From an uncultured Chloroflexia bacterium (GTDB taxonomy: Bacteria; Chloroflexota; Limnocylindria; Limnocylindrales; CSP1-4): a DNA stretch of 64,000 nucleotides. How positions within the stretch are numbered: position 1 is the stretch's first letter; the number at the start of each line of letters is the position of its first letter. The position numbers were made by a program, and so were the translations under genes. Location of the stretch: positions 393,097 through 457,096 of the forward strand of contig CAVYBB010000003.1 in NCBI GenBank assembly GCA_963766655.1. The letters run 5' to 3'. This document shows, piece by piece, positions 26,352-36,177 of this stretch. The notes under the pieces were generated by a model. That model was not told the DNA's origin and did not search any database. It worked only from the letters and a program-made list of their open reading frames with translations.

Positions 26352-27299
26352 ATGACCCTGGTGATCGACGGCCTCCGGAAGCAATTCGGCGAGGTTCAGG
26401 CCCTTGACGGCGTGACGTTCAGCGTCCGACCGGGAGAGATCTACGGCTTCCTCGGCGCCAACGGAGCCGGCAAGACGACCACGATGCGGATCGTCCTGGG
26501 ATTCCTGAAGCCGGACGAGGGGAACGTGACCTTGCGCGACAAGGCGGCCCGGACCTGGCCGCGGAAGACGTGGGGCTACATGCCTGAGGAGCGCGGGCTC
26601 TACCTGCGGATGCCCGTCGTCGATCAGCTCGTCTATTACGCCTCGCTCTACGGCGTCCCACGCAAGCAAGCCCGCGCCGAGGCGCTCGCCTGGCTCGCCC
26701 GCTTCCGGATCGACGAGTACGCCGACCGCCGGGCGGACAGCCTGTCGAAGGGCAACCAGCAGAAGGTCCAGTACATCGCGACGGTCATTCACGACCCCGA
26801 TGTGATCCTGATGGACGAGCCGTTCGTGGGCCTGGATCCGGTCAATGTCTCGCTGCTCAAGGCCGCGTTCGTCGAGATGCGCGATCGAGGCAAGACCGTG
26901 ATCTTCAGCACCCACCAGCTGGAGCAAGCCGAGGAGCTCTGCAATTCGGTCGCGATCATCGATCACGGCCGGATCGTGACCGCCGGTCCGACCCGGCAGG
27001 TCAAGCAGTCGACCGGCCACCAGGTGGTCCGCGTCGCGACATCGCGGGACGGCGAGATCGGCTGGCTGCGATCACTGCCCCACGTCACCGTGACCCGTCC
27101 GGGTCGGGACTACACCGAGTGCCGGCTCGACGAAGGCGCCGATCCCCAGAGCGTCCTCCAGGCCGCCCTGGTCAACGGCGGGGAGATACTCCGATTCGAG
27201 GTCGCCGACCCGTCGCTCGAGGAGATCTTCGTCGAGCGCGTCGGTGCCCTCGACGTCGAGGAGCGGACCCTGGCCGCCGCTCCGGAGGCCCGATCGTGA
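26352..27299 (+). CDS. ABC transporter ATP-binding protein (NatA-like)
   Basis: ATG 26352. Walker A GFLGANGAGKTT, signature LSKGNQQKV, Walker B VILMDEPFVGLD. Confidence 0.9.
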   Translation: MTLVIDGLRKQFGEVQALDGVTFSVRPGEIYGFLGANGAGKTTTMRIVLGFLKPDEGNVTLRDKAARTWPRKTWGYMPEERGLYLRMPVVDQLVYYASLYGVPRKQARAEALAWLARFRIDEYADRRADSLSKGNQQKVQYIATVIHDPDVILMDEPFVGLDPVNVSLLKAAFVEMRDRGKTVIFSTHQLEQAEELCNSVAIIDHGRIVTAGPTRQVKQSTGHQVVRVATSRDGEIGWLRSLPHVTVTRPGRDYTECRLDEGADPQSVLQAALVNGGEILRFEVADPSLEEIFVERVGALDVEERTLAAAPEARS

Positions 27300-28621
27300 A
27301 CACGTTCTCGAACGTCCGATCGGTCGCCCGGCGCGAGTACACGACACGGGTTCGCACCCGGAGCTTCGTCGTCGGCACGCTGCTCCTCGTTATCGGCGTC
27401 GTCGTCATCGCGATGTTGCCGGTGATCATCCGGATGATCGATCGACAGGACGCGACGAAGGTCGCCGTCGTCGTCGTCGCCGACGACCTGACGAGGAATC
27501 CGGTCGAGACGCTCTCGGTGACCCTCAACGCTTCCACGACGGCCGGTCAGCCGGGCGCGGCCACTGTGCCCGACTTCATCGTGACCGAAGTCGCGAGTCT
27601 TGCGAAGGGCCGCGAGGATGTCATGGCCGGCAGGTACGCGGCGGTCCTCGGGATCGAGCGCTCCGCCGCTGGGGATCTCGACTTCACCCTCTACACGAAC
27701 GAGAACGCCACCGGTCCAACGGCCGCGCTCGTTCGGCAGGCATCGAACGCGATCGCGATCGCCGATCGCCTCCAACGTCTCGGGATCGGCCCGTCGGACC
27801 AGGCCCTGATCTTTGAACCGGTGACCTTCGGCGTCAGCTGGGCCGATCCCGCCCGCACGGAGCCAACCCGCGACACCGTGGCCACGGTCGGTCAGTACAT
27901 GCTCGCGTTCGGGATGACGATCCTGATCTTCATGATCATCGTGATGTACGGGAGCTGGATCGCGATGAGCGTCGTCGAGGAGAAGTCGTCGCGCGTCATG
28001 GAGGTCGTCCTCAACGCGGCGACGCCGTTCCAGCTCCTCGCCGGCAAGGTCTTCGGGGTCGGGGCGGTCGCCTTCACCCAGTACGGAGCGATCGTCGTCG
28101 GGGGCGGGCTGGCGCTGCTGCTGCAGGGACCCATCGCCTCCATCGCTCTCGGCGAGGGGGGCGCGGCCGTTTCCCTGCCCGAGGGCCTCACCCTTGGCCT
28201 GCTCCTCGTGTTCGGCGTCTACGGTGTCCTGGGCTTCCTGATGTACGCCTGCCTCTACGCCGCCGCCGGATCCCTCGTCAGCCGCCTTGAGGACGTCAAC
28301 TCGGCTGTGATGCCGATGACCCTCATCTCGACGGGTGGCTACCTCGTCGGGGTGTATGCGGCGATGGGCCTGCTCGATATCCGGGCCGACTGGATCGTCG
28401 CGCTCAGCCAGTTGCCCTTCGTGAGCCCGTTCATGATGCTCGGCCGGATCGCGACGGGTGTGGCGGCGCCATGGGAGATCATCGTGTCGGTCGGCCTGCT
28501 CGTCGTCTCGATCGGAGCGGCCCTCTGGCTTGCGGCCAGGATCTACGCGGCAGGTGTCCTGCTGTACGGACAACGGCCCGGTCTGCGGGCGATCTGGCGT
28601 CTCGTCCGGGTGGGCATGTAG
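27296..28621 (+). CDS. ABC-2 family permease (NatB-like, large extracytoplasmic loop)
   Basis: GTG 27296 overlaps the ATPase stop as GTGA. An N-terminal TM helix is followed by a ~170-aa loop and five further helices (YMLAFGMTILIFMIIVMYGSWIAMSVVEEKSSRVMEV). Confidence 0.8.
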   Translation: MNTFSNVRSVARREYTTRVRTRSFVVGTLLLVIGVVVIAMLPVIIRMIDRQDATKVAVVVVADDLTRNPVETLSVTLNASTTAGQPGAATVPDFIVTEVASLAKGREDVMAGRYAAVLGIERSAAGDLDFTLYTNENATGPTAALVRQASNAIAIADRLQRLGIGPSDQALIFEPVTFGVSWADPARTEPTRDTVATVGQYMLAFGMTILIFMIIVMYGSWIAMSVVEEKSSRVMEVVLNAATPFQLLAGKVFGVGAVAFTQYGAIVVGGGLALLLQGPIASIALGEGGAAVSLPEGLTLGLLLVFGVYGVLGFLMYACLYAAAGSLVSRLEDVNSAVMPMTLISTGGYLVGVYAAMGLLDIRADWIVALSQLPFVSPFMMLGRIATGVAAPWEIIVSVGLLVVSIGAALWLAARIYAAGVLLYGQRPGLRAIWRLVRVGM

Positions 28622-28680
28622 GCGCTCGATGAACGTCGACTGAGGATTGCGTCCGCCTGCTCAGGCGTGTACGCTGGACA

Positions 28681-28694
28681 TACGGACGTCCGTA
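28681..28694. promoter_or_regulatory. Perfect 14-bp palindrome TACGGACGTCCGTA upstream of the sugar operon; candidate GntR/HutC operator
   Basis: Lies 36 nt upstream of the GH4 start codon (28730). It is embedded in GTACG / ACGTCC repeats (GTGTACGCTGGACATACGGACGTCCGTACGTCC). Confidence 0.45.
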
Positions 28695-28729
28695 CGTCCT
28701 GATGACCAGCTTCGTCGACTGGAGGAGCG

Positions 28730-30049
28730 ATGCCGCGGATCGTTCTCGTCGGGGCGGGAAGCGTCGAGTTCACGAGGAACCTGCTCGGCGACATCCTGAC
28801 CTCGCCCGCCCTGCGCACCTCGCACATCGCGCTCCATGACATCGATCCGGAGCGACTGACCACCGCGGAGCGGATGGCCCGCTGGACGGCCGCCAGCCTC
28901 TCGGCGGAGCCGACGATCACCACCCACCTCGATCGCCGCGAGGCCCTCCAGGGCGCCGACTTCGTGGTCAACACGATCCAGGTTGGCGGCGCGCCGGCGA
29001 CGCAGGTCGATTTCGACGTACCGGCCCGATTCGGGCTCCGCTACACGATCGCCGACACGATCGGCGTCGGCGGCGTCTTCCGCGCGTTGCGGACCATCCC
29101 GGTGGTCCTCGGCATTGCGCGCGACATGGAGGAGATCTGCCCGGACGCTTGGCTCCTCAACTACACGAACCCGCTGGCGATTCTCGTTCGAGCCGTTTCC
29201 GAGGCGACCTCGATCCGCGTCGTCGGGCTCTGCCACTCGGTCTTCTGGACCGTCGATCGGCTGGCCGGCTACGTCGGGCTCGCTCGCGACGAGGTCGATG
29301 CGGCCTCGGCCGGGATCAACCATCTCGCGTTCATCCTCCGTATCGAGCATCGCGGCCGGGACCTGTATCCCGAGCTGCGGGCATTCGTCGAGGCCGGGAA
29401 GACGCCCGACGACGACCTCGTTCGAGCGGCACTCTTCAGCCGGCTCGGCTTCTACCCGACCGAATCCTCCGAGCACCACGCCGAATACAACCCGTGGTAC
29501 ATCGGCAAGCGAGATGCCGCCGGCGACGCCATCGAGCGCTTCCACATCCCGATCGGCGAGTACCTCGACCGCGTCTCGCACAACCTCGACGAGTACGCCG
29601 AGACGCGACGGATGCTCGACGCCGGCGAAGCGTTCGAGATCGAGCGGAGCGGCGAGTACGCGGCGACGATCGCCGAATCGGTCACGTCGGGTGCGCCGGC
29701 CCGGATCGTGGTCAACGCCATGAACGGCGGCGCCCTGATCCCCAACCTGGACGCCGACGCCTGCGTCGAGGTCCCGGCCCTCGTCGACGGGCTCGGCGTC
29801 CACCCTGTCGCGATGGGGCCACTGCCGCTCCATCTGGCCGCCTACGTTCGCGGGGCGGTCGACATGCAGGGTCTGACAGTCAGGGCCGCGCTCGGTCTCG
29901 ACCGCGCGGCCGTGTTTCACGCGGTCATGACCGACCCGATCGTCCAGAGCCACCTGACCCTCGACGATGCGTGGCGCCTGACCGAGGCGATGATCGACGC
30001 CGAGAAGCAGTGGCTGCCTGCCTGGCTGGGCGGGACCGCAGCCGATTGA
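28730..30049 (+). CDS. Glycoside hydrolase family 4 (NAD+/Mn2+-dependent alpha-glycosidase, MelA/AglA/LplD-like)
   Basis: GGAGGAG RBS. N-terminal Rossmann IVLVGAGSVEFTRNLLGD, NYTNP, VGLCHSV (Cys-His metal site), INHLAF. Confidence 0.85.
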   Translation: MPRIVLVGAGSVEFTRNLLGDILTSPALRTSHIALHDIDPERLTTAERMARWTAASLSAEPTITTHLDRREALQGADFVVNTIQVGGAPATQVDFDVPARFGLRYTIADTIGVGGVFRALRTIPVVLGIARDMEEICPDAWLLNYTNPLAILVRAVSEATSIRVVGLCHSVFWTVDRLAGYVGLARDEVDAASAGINHLAFILRIEHRGRDLYPELRAFVEAGKTPDDDLVRAALFSRLGFYPTESSEHHAEYNPWYIGKRDAAGDAIERFHIPIGEYLDRVSHNLDEYAETRRMLDAGEAFEIERSGEYAATIAESVTSGAPARIVVNAMNGGALIPNLDADACVEVPALVDGLGVHPVAMGPLPLHLAAYVRGAVDMQGLTVRAALGLDRAAVFHAVMTDPIVQSHLTLDDAWRLTEAMIDAEKQWLPAWLGGTAAD

Positions 30050-30063
30050 AGGAGGAGCACGCG

Positions 30064-31443
30064 ATGTTCATCGACCGAACCGGTCCCGGCCGCGGATGGC
30101 GGCGTCTGCTCGGCCTCGTCGGCGCCGCCGCGCTCGTCGCCTCTGCCTGTGGCGGATCGACAACGTCGCCATCGGCCGCGTCCTCGACGGGCACCTCGGC
30201 CGCGCCGGCCAGCGATGGCGCGGCGTCCGGGTCGCCGGCACCGAGCGATGCCGGGTACACGGGCCCGGAGGCGACGATCACCTACTCGATCTGGGGCGAC
30301 CCACAGGAGATCAAGAACCAGCAGGCGATCGTCGATGCCTTCCATGCGGCGGTTCCGAAGATCACGGTCAAGGTCACGGTGTCCGACTGGGAGCCGTACT
30401 GGGACAAGCTCCAGACCTCCATTGCGGGCGGCGATGCGCCCGATGTGTTCGCGATGGACGGACCGCTCTTCCCCGACTATCAGACCCGCGATGTCCTGCT
30501 CGACCTCAAGCCGTTCATTGATCGTGATGGCTACGACCTCGGCCAGCTCGCCGATCAGGCCGTCGCCGACTTCACGACACCCGATGGCCAGTTCGGCCTC
30601 CCCCGCGACCTGAACGTCGTCGCCCTCTACTACAACAAGAAGATGTTCGACGCGGCCGGCATTCCCTACCCGGACGACACGTGGGATTGGGCGAAGCTGA
30701 CCGATGTCGCCAAGCAGCTGACCGTGCGGGCCGCGGACGGCACGGTGAGCCAGTGGGGCTTCTACACCGAGACGACCGACATGGAGAACTACTGGTCCGA
30801 GCTCGTCTGGCAGAACGGCGGAGACATCATCTCGGCCGACCACAAGTCGAGCCTCGTCGGCAGCGACCAGGCCGCCGCCGGCATCCAGTTCCTCCAGGAT
30901 CTCATCTGGAAGGACAAGGTCATGCCCGACGCCTCGATCACCGACGCCCTCGGGGACGCCTTCGAGCAGGGACAGGCCGCGATGGAGTCGAACGGGTCGT
31001 GGCTGGTAGCCACCCACCAGTCCGCCGGGATCGATTTCGGGATCGCCCCGTTGCCCAAGGGGCCGGCCGGTCAGGCGACCTCGATCAATCCGACCGGCGC
31101 GGTGGTGTCGAAGGGCACGAAGAACCCTGACGCCGCGTGGGCGTTCGTGAAGTACCTGGCCGGCACGGAAGCGCAGACGAAGATCATGGAGCTCAAGGCG
31201 TCGCTGCCGACCAACAAGGAGGTCCTCACCGGGTCCTTCTCGACCGCATTCGACGGTTCCAAGGTCCTCGCGGACGCCATCGCGTACGCGCACCTGAAGC
31301 CGTCCTTCAAGGGCTTCAACGACTGGACGACCGCGCTCCAGACCGAGCTCGACACGAACGTCTTCACCAACCCCAACAAGACCGCGAAGCAGGCCCTCAC
31401 CGACGTGCTCCCGGATCTCGACGGGATCCTCGCCAGCCAGTGA
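30064..31443 (+). CDS. Sugar ABC transporter substrate-binding lipoprotein (family 1 SBP)
   Basis: ATG 30064 follows GAAGGAGGAG. Lipobox ALVASACGG and a Ser/Ala/Pro linker. Motifs ITYSIWGDP, DVFAMDGP, GLPRDLNVVALYYNKKMF. Confidence 0.9.
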   Translation: MFIDRTGPGRGWRRLLGLVGAAALVASACGGSTTSPSAASSTGTSAAPASDGAASGSPAPSDAGYTGPEATITYSIWGDPQEIKNQQAIVDAFHAAVPKITVKVTVSDWEPYWDKLQTSIAGGDAPDVFAMDGPLFPDYQTRDVLLDLKPFIDRDGYDLGQLADQAVADFTTPDGQFGLPRDLNVVALYYNKKMFDAAGIPYPDDTWDWAKLTDVAKQLTVRAADGTVSQWGFYTETTDMENYWSELVWQNGGDIISADHKSSLVGSDQAAAGIQFLQDLIWKDKVMPDASITDALGDAFEQGQAAMESNGSWLVATHQSAGIDFGIAPLPKGPAGQATSINPTGAVVSKGTKNPDAAWAFVKYLAGTEAQTKIMELKASLPTNKEVLTGSFSTAFDGSKVLADAIAYAHLKPSFKGFNDWTTALQTELDTNVFTNPNKTAKQALTDVLPDLDGILASQ

Positions 31444-31471
31444 CCTCCATCCGGCACAGTCGAGCGCCGAG

Positions 31472-32380
31472 ATGACCGCGGTTCGCGGCCCCGCCAGACG
31501 AGGTCGCGGACCGCTGGCCGGCGAGGGCCGCTGGGCGCTGGCATTCCTCGCGCCGACGCTGATCGGCCTGGCCGTCCTGTCGGCCGGGCCGATCCTGGCG
31601 ACGCTGGCGATCAGCCTGACGAAGTGGGACCTGCTGACGGTGCCGACGTTCGCCGGTCTCGACAACTACGCCGCCCTGCTGTCGGATGACCGGTTCCTCA
31701 AGGCCCTCCGGAACACGTTCTTCTACACGATCGTGTCCGTCCCGCTGGGGCTGACCATCGCGCTCGGACTCGCCATCGCCCTGAACCAGAAGACGAGGGG
31801 CATCGCCTTCATCCGGACCGCGTATTTCCTCCCCGTCGTGACCTCCACCATCGCGATCGCTCTCGTGTGGCAGTGGATCTACAGCGCGAACTCGGGACTC
31901 CTCAACGAGATCATCGGGCTCGTCGGGATCCCGGCCCAGAAGTGGCTCAGCGACCCGACCCTGGCGATGCCCTCGATCATCGCGATGTCGATCTGGCAGG
32001 GGCTCGGGGTGGACGTGATCATCTTCCTCGCCGGGCTCCAGGCGATCCCGGCCGATCTCCTGGACGCCGCGAGCGTCGACGGCGCCGGTCGCTGGGCGCG
32101 GTTCCGCTGGGTGGTGCTGCCCCTCCTGACGCCGTCGCTCTTCTTCACCGGCGTGCTGAGCCTCATCGGCGCGTTCCAGGTCTTCGACCAGATCTTCGTT
32201 CTGGTCAAGCCCCGCCCGACCGAAGCGACGATCACCGTCGTGTACTTCATCTACGAGAACGGCTTCAAGTTCTTCAAGATGGGCTACGCGAGCGCGGCGT
32301 CGTGGGTCCTGTTCCTCATCGTCGCGCTGTTCACGGCGATCTACTTCCGGTCCCAGAACCGCTGGGTTCACTACCAGTGA
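31472..32380 (+). CDS. Sugar ABC transporter permease (MalF/UgpA-like)
   Basis: 302 aa, six TM helices, EAA loop AASVDGAGRWARFRWVVLP. Confidence 0.9.
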   Translation: MTAVRGPARRGRGPLAGEGRWALAFLAPTLIGLAVLSAGPILATLAISLTKWDLLTVPTFAGLDNYAALLSDDRFLKALRNTFFYTIVSVPLGLTIALGLAIALNQKTRGIAFIRTAYFLPVVTSTIAIALVWQWIYSANSGLLNEIIGLVGIPAQKWLSDPTLAMPSIIAMSIWQGLGVDVIIFLAGLQAIPADLLDAASVDGAGRWARFRWVVLPLLTPSLFFTGVLSLIGAFQVFDQIFVLVKPRPTEATITVVYFIYENGFKFFKMGYASAASWVLFLIVALFTAIYFRSQNRWVHYQ

Positions 32381-33279
32381 GCGCCGTCGCCGCGCCCGCC
32401 AGGCGGACCCCACCCTCCCTGCCAGGACGCCGTCTCCGCAGGGCTCGTCGGGCCATCCTCATCGGCCTGCTCATCGCGGGCGGCGTGCTGATGATGGCGC
32501 CGTTCCTGTGGATGATCACGACGTCTCTCAAGACGCGGGCGGAGGTGTTCGTCGCCCCTCCGACCCTGCTCCCGATCGTCCCGCAGTGGCAGAACTACCC
32601 GGACATGTGGTCCGCCCTGCCGTTCGGAACGTTCTTCCTGAACTCGGTGAAGCTCGCGGCCCTCAATACGCTCGGCCAGCTCGTGAGCTGCTCGATGGCG
32701 GCGTTCGCCTTTGCCGCGCTCCGCTTCCGGTTCCGGACGCCGCTGTTCGCGATCCTCCTCGTGACGCTGATCATCCCCTTCCAGGTCGTCCTGGTCCCGA
32801 ACTTCATCCTGTACCGGCTGCTGCCACATCCGTTCAGCACGAGCGGAAACTGGATCGGGACGCAGGAGCCCCTCTGGGTGGGAGCATTCCTCGGCGGCGC
32901 CTTCGGGACCTTCCTGCTCCGCCAGTTCTTCCTGGCGATCCCGCACGAGCTCGCCGACGCGGCCCGGGTCGACGGAGCGAACCCATGGCAGATCTATCGC
33001 CACATCTACCTGCCGCTGGCCAAGCCCGCACTGGCGACCCTCGCGATCTTCACGTTCATGTGGACCTGGAACGACCTGATCGACCCGATCATCTACCTGC
33101 GCGACATCGACTCGCTGACGGTGACCGCAGGGCTGTCGCTGTTCCAGGGCCAGTACATCGGGAGATGGCCGCTGCTGATGGCGGGCGCGCTCGTCAGCGT
33201 CATCCCGATGATCGTCCTCTTCATCGTCGCCCAGCGGCATTTCGTCCGCGGGATTGCCCTGACCGGGATCAAGGGATGA
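32377..33279 (+). CDS. Sugar ABC transporter permease (MalG/UgpE-like)
   Basis: GTG 32377 in a GTGA overlap. EAA loop AARVDGANPWQIYRHIYLPLAKP. Confidence 0.9.
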   Translation: MSAVAAPARRTPPSLPGRRLRRARRAILIGLLIAGGVLMMAPFLWMITTSLKTRAEVFVAPPTLLPIVPQWQNYPDMWSALPFGTFFLNSVKLAALNTLGQLVSCSMAAFAFAALRFRFRTPLFAILLVTLIIPFQVVLVPNFILYRLLPHPFSTSGNWIGTQEPLWVGAFLGGAFGTFLLRQFFLAIPHELADAARVDGANPWQIYRHIYLPLAKPALATLAIFTFMWTWNDLIDPIIYLRDIDSLTVTAGLSLFQGQYIGRWPLLMAGALVSVIPMIVLFIVAQRHFVRGIALTGIKG

Positions 33280-34007
33280 GCCCCGTCGCCCTGTCCGGGT
33301 TGCCGTTGTACCGGCAGATCGAGGCCGACCTGCGTGACCGGATCCGCCGCGGCGAGCTGCAGCCGGGTGCCCAGATCGCCCCGGAACCGGAGCTGATGGC
33401 CGAATACGGCGTCAGCCGCGCGACCGTCCGGCAGGCGTTGGGCGGGCTCCTGGCGGAAGGGCTCCTCGAGATCCGGAGAGGACTCGGGACGTACGTGACC
33501 GCCCCGCGCGTCGAGCACACGATCGGCGGGTTCTACTCGTTCAGCCGCGAGATCGAGCGGCATGGATTGGAGCCGCGAACCACCGTCCTGGAGCTGCGGA
33601 AGGAGCCGGCGGCCGACATCGTCGCCGAAGCGCTCGGCGTACCCGCCGGAACGGTGGTCGTCGCCCTGCGCCGGCTGCGGCTGGCCGGGCCGGACCCGCT
33701 CGTCGTCGAGACGAGCCACCTGCCGGCCGCCCGGTTCCCTGGCCTCGAGATGGTCGACTTCTCGCAGGTCCGCCTGTACGACACGCTGATGCACGACTAC
33801 GGCTGTCGCCCGACGCGGGCCCGCGAGACGTTCGAGCCGGTCCTGCTGACGGCTGACGAGGCGGCACTGCTCGACCAGCGTCGCGGTGAGCCGGCTCTCC
33901 GGGTCGACCGCATCGCATTCGACCAGGACGACCTGCCGATCGAGTTCTGCAGGAGTACGGTTCGCGGCGACCGCTACCGCTATTCCGTCGAGTTGCGCGA
34001 CCGATGA
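33276..34007 (+). CDS. GntR-family (HutC subfamily, UTRA effector domain) transcriptional regulator
   Basis: ATG 33276 in an ATGA overlap. wHTH LPLYRQIEADLRDRIRRGEL...PEPELMAEYGVSRATVRQAL. C-terminal UTRA-like domain. Confidence 0.9.
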   Translation: MSPVALSGLPLYRQIEADLRDRIRRGELQPGAQIAPEPELMAEYGVSRATVRQALGGLLAEGLLEIRRGLGTYVTAPRVEHTIGGFYSFSREIERHGLEPRTTVLELRKEPAADIVAEALGVPAGTVVVALRRLRLAGPDPLVVETSHLPAARFPGLEMVDFSQVRLYDTLMHDYGCRPTRARETFEPVLLTADEAALLDQRRGEPALRVDRIAFDQDDLPIEFCRSTVRGDRYRYSVELRDR

Positions 34008-35104
34008 CCGCATTCGAGGACCTGTTGACCTGGCGTGAAGCCGCGACGTCCGGCGCGGCGATCGCCGCGGCCGTCGAGGCCGTCGGATCGACACCGGCCG
34101 CCGCACACAACCTGCTCGCGGCCGCGGCGGCCGACCGGATCGTCGTCACCGGTGCCGGCTCGTCGTACTACCTCGCCCAGGCAGTTGCCGCCGCGGCGCG
34201 ATCGGTGCTGCACACGACCGTGATCGCTGCACCGCTGTCGGAGTTGATCCTGCGGCCGGAGGGTGTCCTCGCGGCCGGGAGCGATTCCGGCGAGCGTGCG
34301 CGCCCGGCCGCAGGCGCGGCCGGCCGCGAGCCCGTCGTCGTCATTTCGCGCTCGGGCTCGACCTCGGAGGCCGTCAGCGTCGTTGAGCGGATGCGCGCCG
34401 CTGGCCACCCGACGATCGCCATCACCTGTCGGGCGGGCAGTCCGCTCGCTGCGCTGGCCGACGTCACGCTCGTATCGCCGTCCGGTGACGAGGCGGCGAT
34501 CGTGATGACCCGATCGTTTGCCAGCATGCTCGCGCTCCTCCTCGGCGTCGTGGCCAGGGTCGGGCGCGACGAGGCCCTCGAAGTCGATCTGTCGCGCGCG
34601 GCGCAGCGCTGGCCCGAGGCCGTGGCCGCGGCCGCCGTCGGACGCCGCCTCGGCGCCGTCGACTGGTCCCGGATCGTCGTTCTCGGTGGGGGCCCGGCAT
34701 ACGGGATCGCCGCGGAGTGGGGGCTGAAGCTGACCGAGACGAGCCAGGTTCCGGCCAATGCCTACGAGCCGCTCGAGTTCCGGCACGGGCCCATCTCGGT
34801 CTGCGAGGAGGGCATGCTCGTCGTCGGCCTGGTGGGTGGCGCCGGGGCCGCGGAGGAGGTCGCGGTGGTCGCCGAGGCGGCGGCCCTCGGGGCGGAGACC
34901 TGGTTGATCGCGCGCGATGAGGACGAAGCCCGTGGCGCGCCGGGCGAGGTGAGCCTCATCGGAGGCGGACTGGATCCGCTGGCGCGCCTGCCATTGCTCG
35001 TCCACCCGGCTCATGCGCTCGCGCTGTCCCTGGCGCTCACGCGCGGCTGCGACCCGGATGCGCCACGGCATCTCGGCCAGGTCGTCATCCTCGGGCTCGA
35101 ATGA
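34004..35104 (+). CDS. Double-SIS-domain sugar-phosphate isomerase/deaminase (AgaS / FrlB / GlmS-isomerase-like)
   Basis: ATGA overlap. SIS 1: IVVTGAGSSYY, VVVISRSGSTSE. SIS 2: IVVLGGGPAYGIAAEWGLKLTE, EFRHGP. Confidence 0.8.
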   Translation: MTAFEDLLTWREAATSGAAIAAAVEAVGSTPAAAHNLLAAAAADRIVVTGAGSSYYLAQAVAAAARSVLHTTVIAAPLSELILRPEGVLAAGSDSGERARPAAGAAGREPVVVISRSGSTSEAVSVVERMRAAGHPTIAITCRAGSPLAALADVTLVSPSGDEAAIVMTRSFASMLALLLGVVARVGRDEALEVDLSRAAQRWPEAVAAAAVGRRLGAVDWSRIVVLGGGPAYGIAAEWGLKLTETSQVPANAYEPLEFRHGPISVCEEGMLVVGLVGGAGAAEEVAVVAEAAALGAETWLIARDEDEARGAPGEVSLIGGGLDPLARLPLLVHPAHALALSLALTRGCDPDAPRHLGQVVILGLE

Positions 35105-36177
35105 CGGACGACGCGGTTCGACTCGCGGACTATCGGCCGCAGTCGAGGCTCCGGGTGCCGGTCCACGAGGTACGCCGGCCGAAGTTCCCCGTCATCGACG
35201 CCCACAACCACCTCGGGCCGGTGCTCGGTGGCGACGTGGCGACCCGTCCGCCCGACGAGCTGATCGCGACACTCGACGCGTCGGGCGTCGAGATGATCGT
35301 CGATCTCGACGGTGGCCAGGGCGACGCTCTCTCGGCGCAGGTCGCGCGATGGCAGGCGGCGTTCCCCGATCGGGTGGCCGTCATCGCCGGCCTCGACTAC
35401 GCCGCGTGGGCAGCAGATCGATCGTTCGGGGAAACGGAGGCAGGCCGGCTGCGGGAGTCCGTCGCGCGCGGTGCGCGCGGGCTCAAGGTCTGGAAGCTGC
35501 TGGGACTGCGGGCGCGCGATCCGGACGGCCGCCTTGTCGCGGTCGACGACCCGCGGCTCGATCCACTCTGGGCGGCCGCCGCGGAGCTCGATCTCCCGGT
35601 GATCATCCACATCGCCGACCCGATCGCCTTCTTCGAGCCGCTCGACCCGACGAACGAGCGATGGGAGGAGCTGCACGCTCATCCCGACTGGCACTTCTGG
35701 CCCACCCGGCCGGCCGACGAGCCCGACGCACCGGGCTTTCCCGCGTTCGACGAGCTGCTGGCCGCATTCGGGCGGCTCGTCGCCCGACACCCGCGGGTGA
35801 CGTTCGTCGGTGCCCATGTCGGCTGCGCCGCGGAGGATCTCGCGCTCGTCGGCCGCCTGCTCGACGAGAACGCGAACCTCCACGTGGACATCGCGGCGCG
35901 GATCGGTGAGCTCGGCCGCCAGCCGTATTCGACCCGGCAGTTCTTCCTCCGTCACGCGGATCGCATCCTGTTCGGGATCGACCTGGCGCCCGACCCGGAC
36001 ATCTACGCGATTCACTACCGCTTCCTCGAGACGCTCGACGAGTCCTTCGCCTACGGGACGGAGCCGGTTCCGGCCCAGGGTCGCTGGCAGATTCACGGGC
36101 TCGGACTGCCGGACGACGTCCTGCGCAAGGTCTACCGGGACAACGCCCGGCGGATTCTGCACCTGGCACCCCGATGA
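35101..36177 (+). CDS. Amidohydrolase-2 (metal-dependent TIM-barrel hydrolase) family protein
   Basis: ATGA overlap. Metal ligand pattern VIDAHNHL, VIIHIAD, FVGAHVG, ILFGIDL. Confidence 0.8.
   Translation: MTDDAVRLADYRPQSRLRVPVHEVRRPKFPVIDAHNHLGPVLGGDVATRPPDELIATLDASGVEMIVDLDGGQGDALSAQVARWQAAFPDRVAVIAGLDYAAWAADRSFGETEAGRLRESVARGARGLKVWKLLGLRARDPDGRLVAVDDPRLDPLWAAAAELDLPVIIHIADPIAFFEPLDPTNERWEELHAHPDWHFWPTRPADEPDAPGFPAFDELLAAFGRLVARHPRVTFVGAHVGCAAEDLALVGRLLDENANLHVDIAARIGELGRQPYSTRQFFLRHADRILFGIDLAPDPDIYAIHYRFLETLDESFAYGTEPVPAQGRWQIHGLGLPDDVLRKVYRDNARRILHLAPR

Noticed and set aside
27110-31665. Three long minus-strand ORFs (27110..28573, 28661..29953, 29917..31665)
   Set aside because: They are antisense to the NatB-like permease, GH4 and SBP genes. 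The translations are Arg/Asp/Glu/Pro-rich and featureless.
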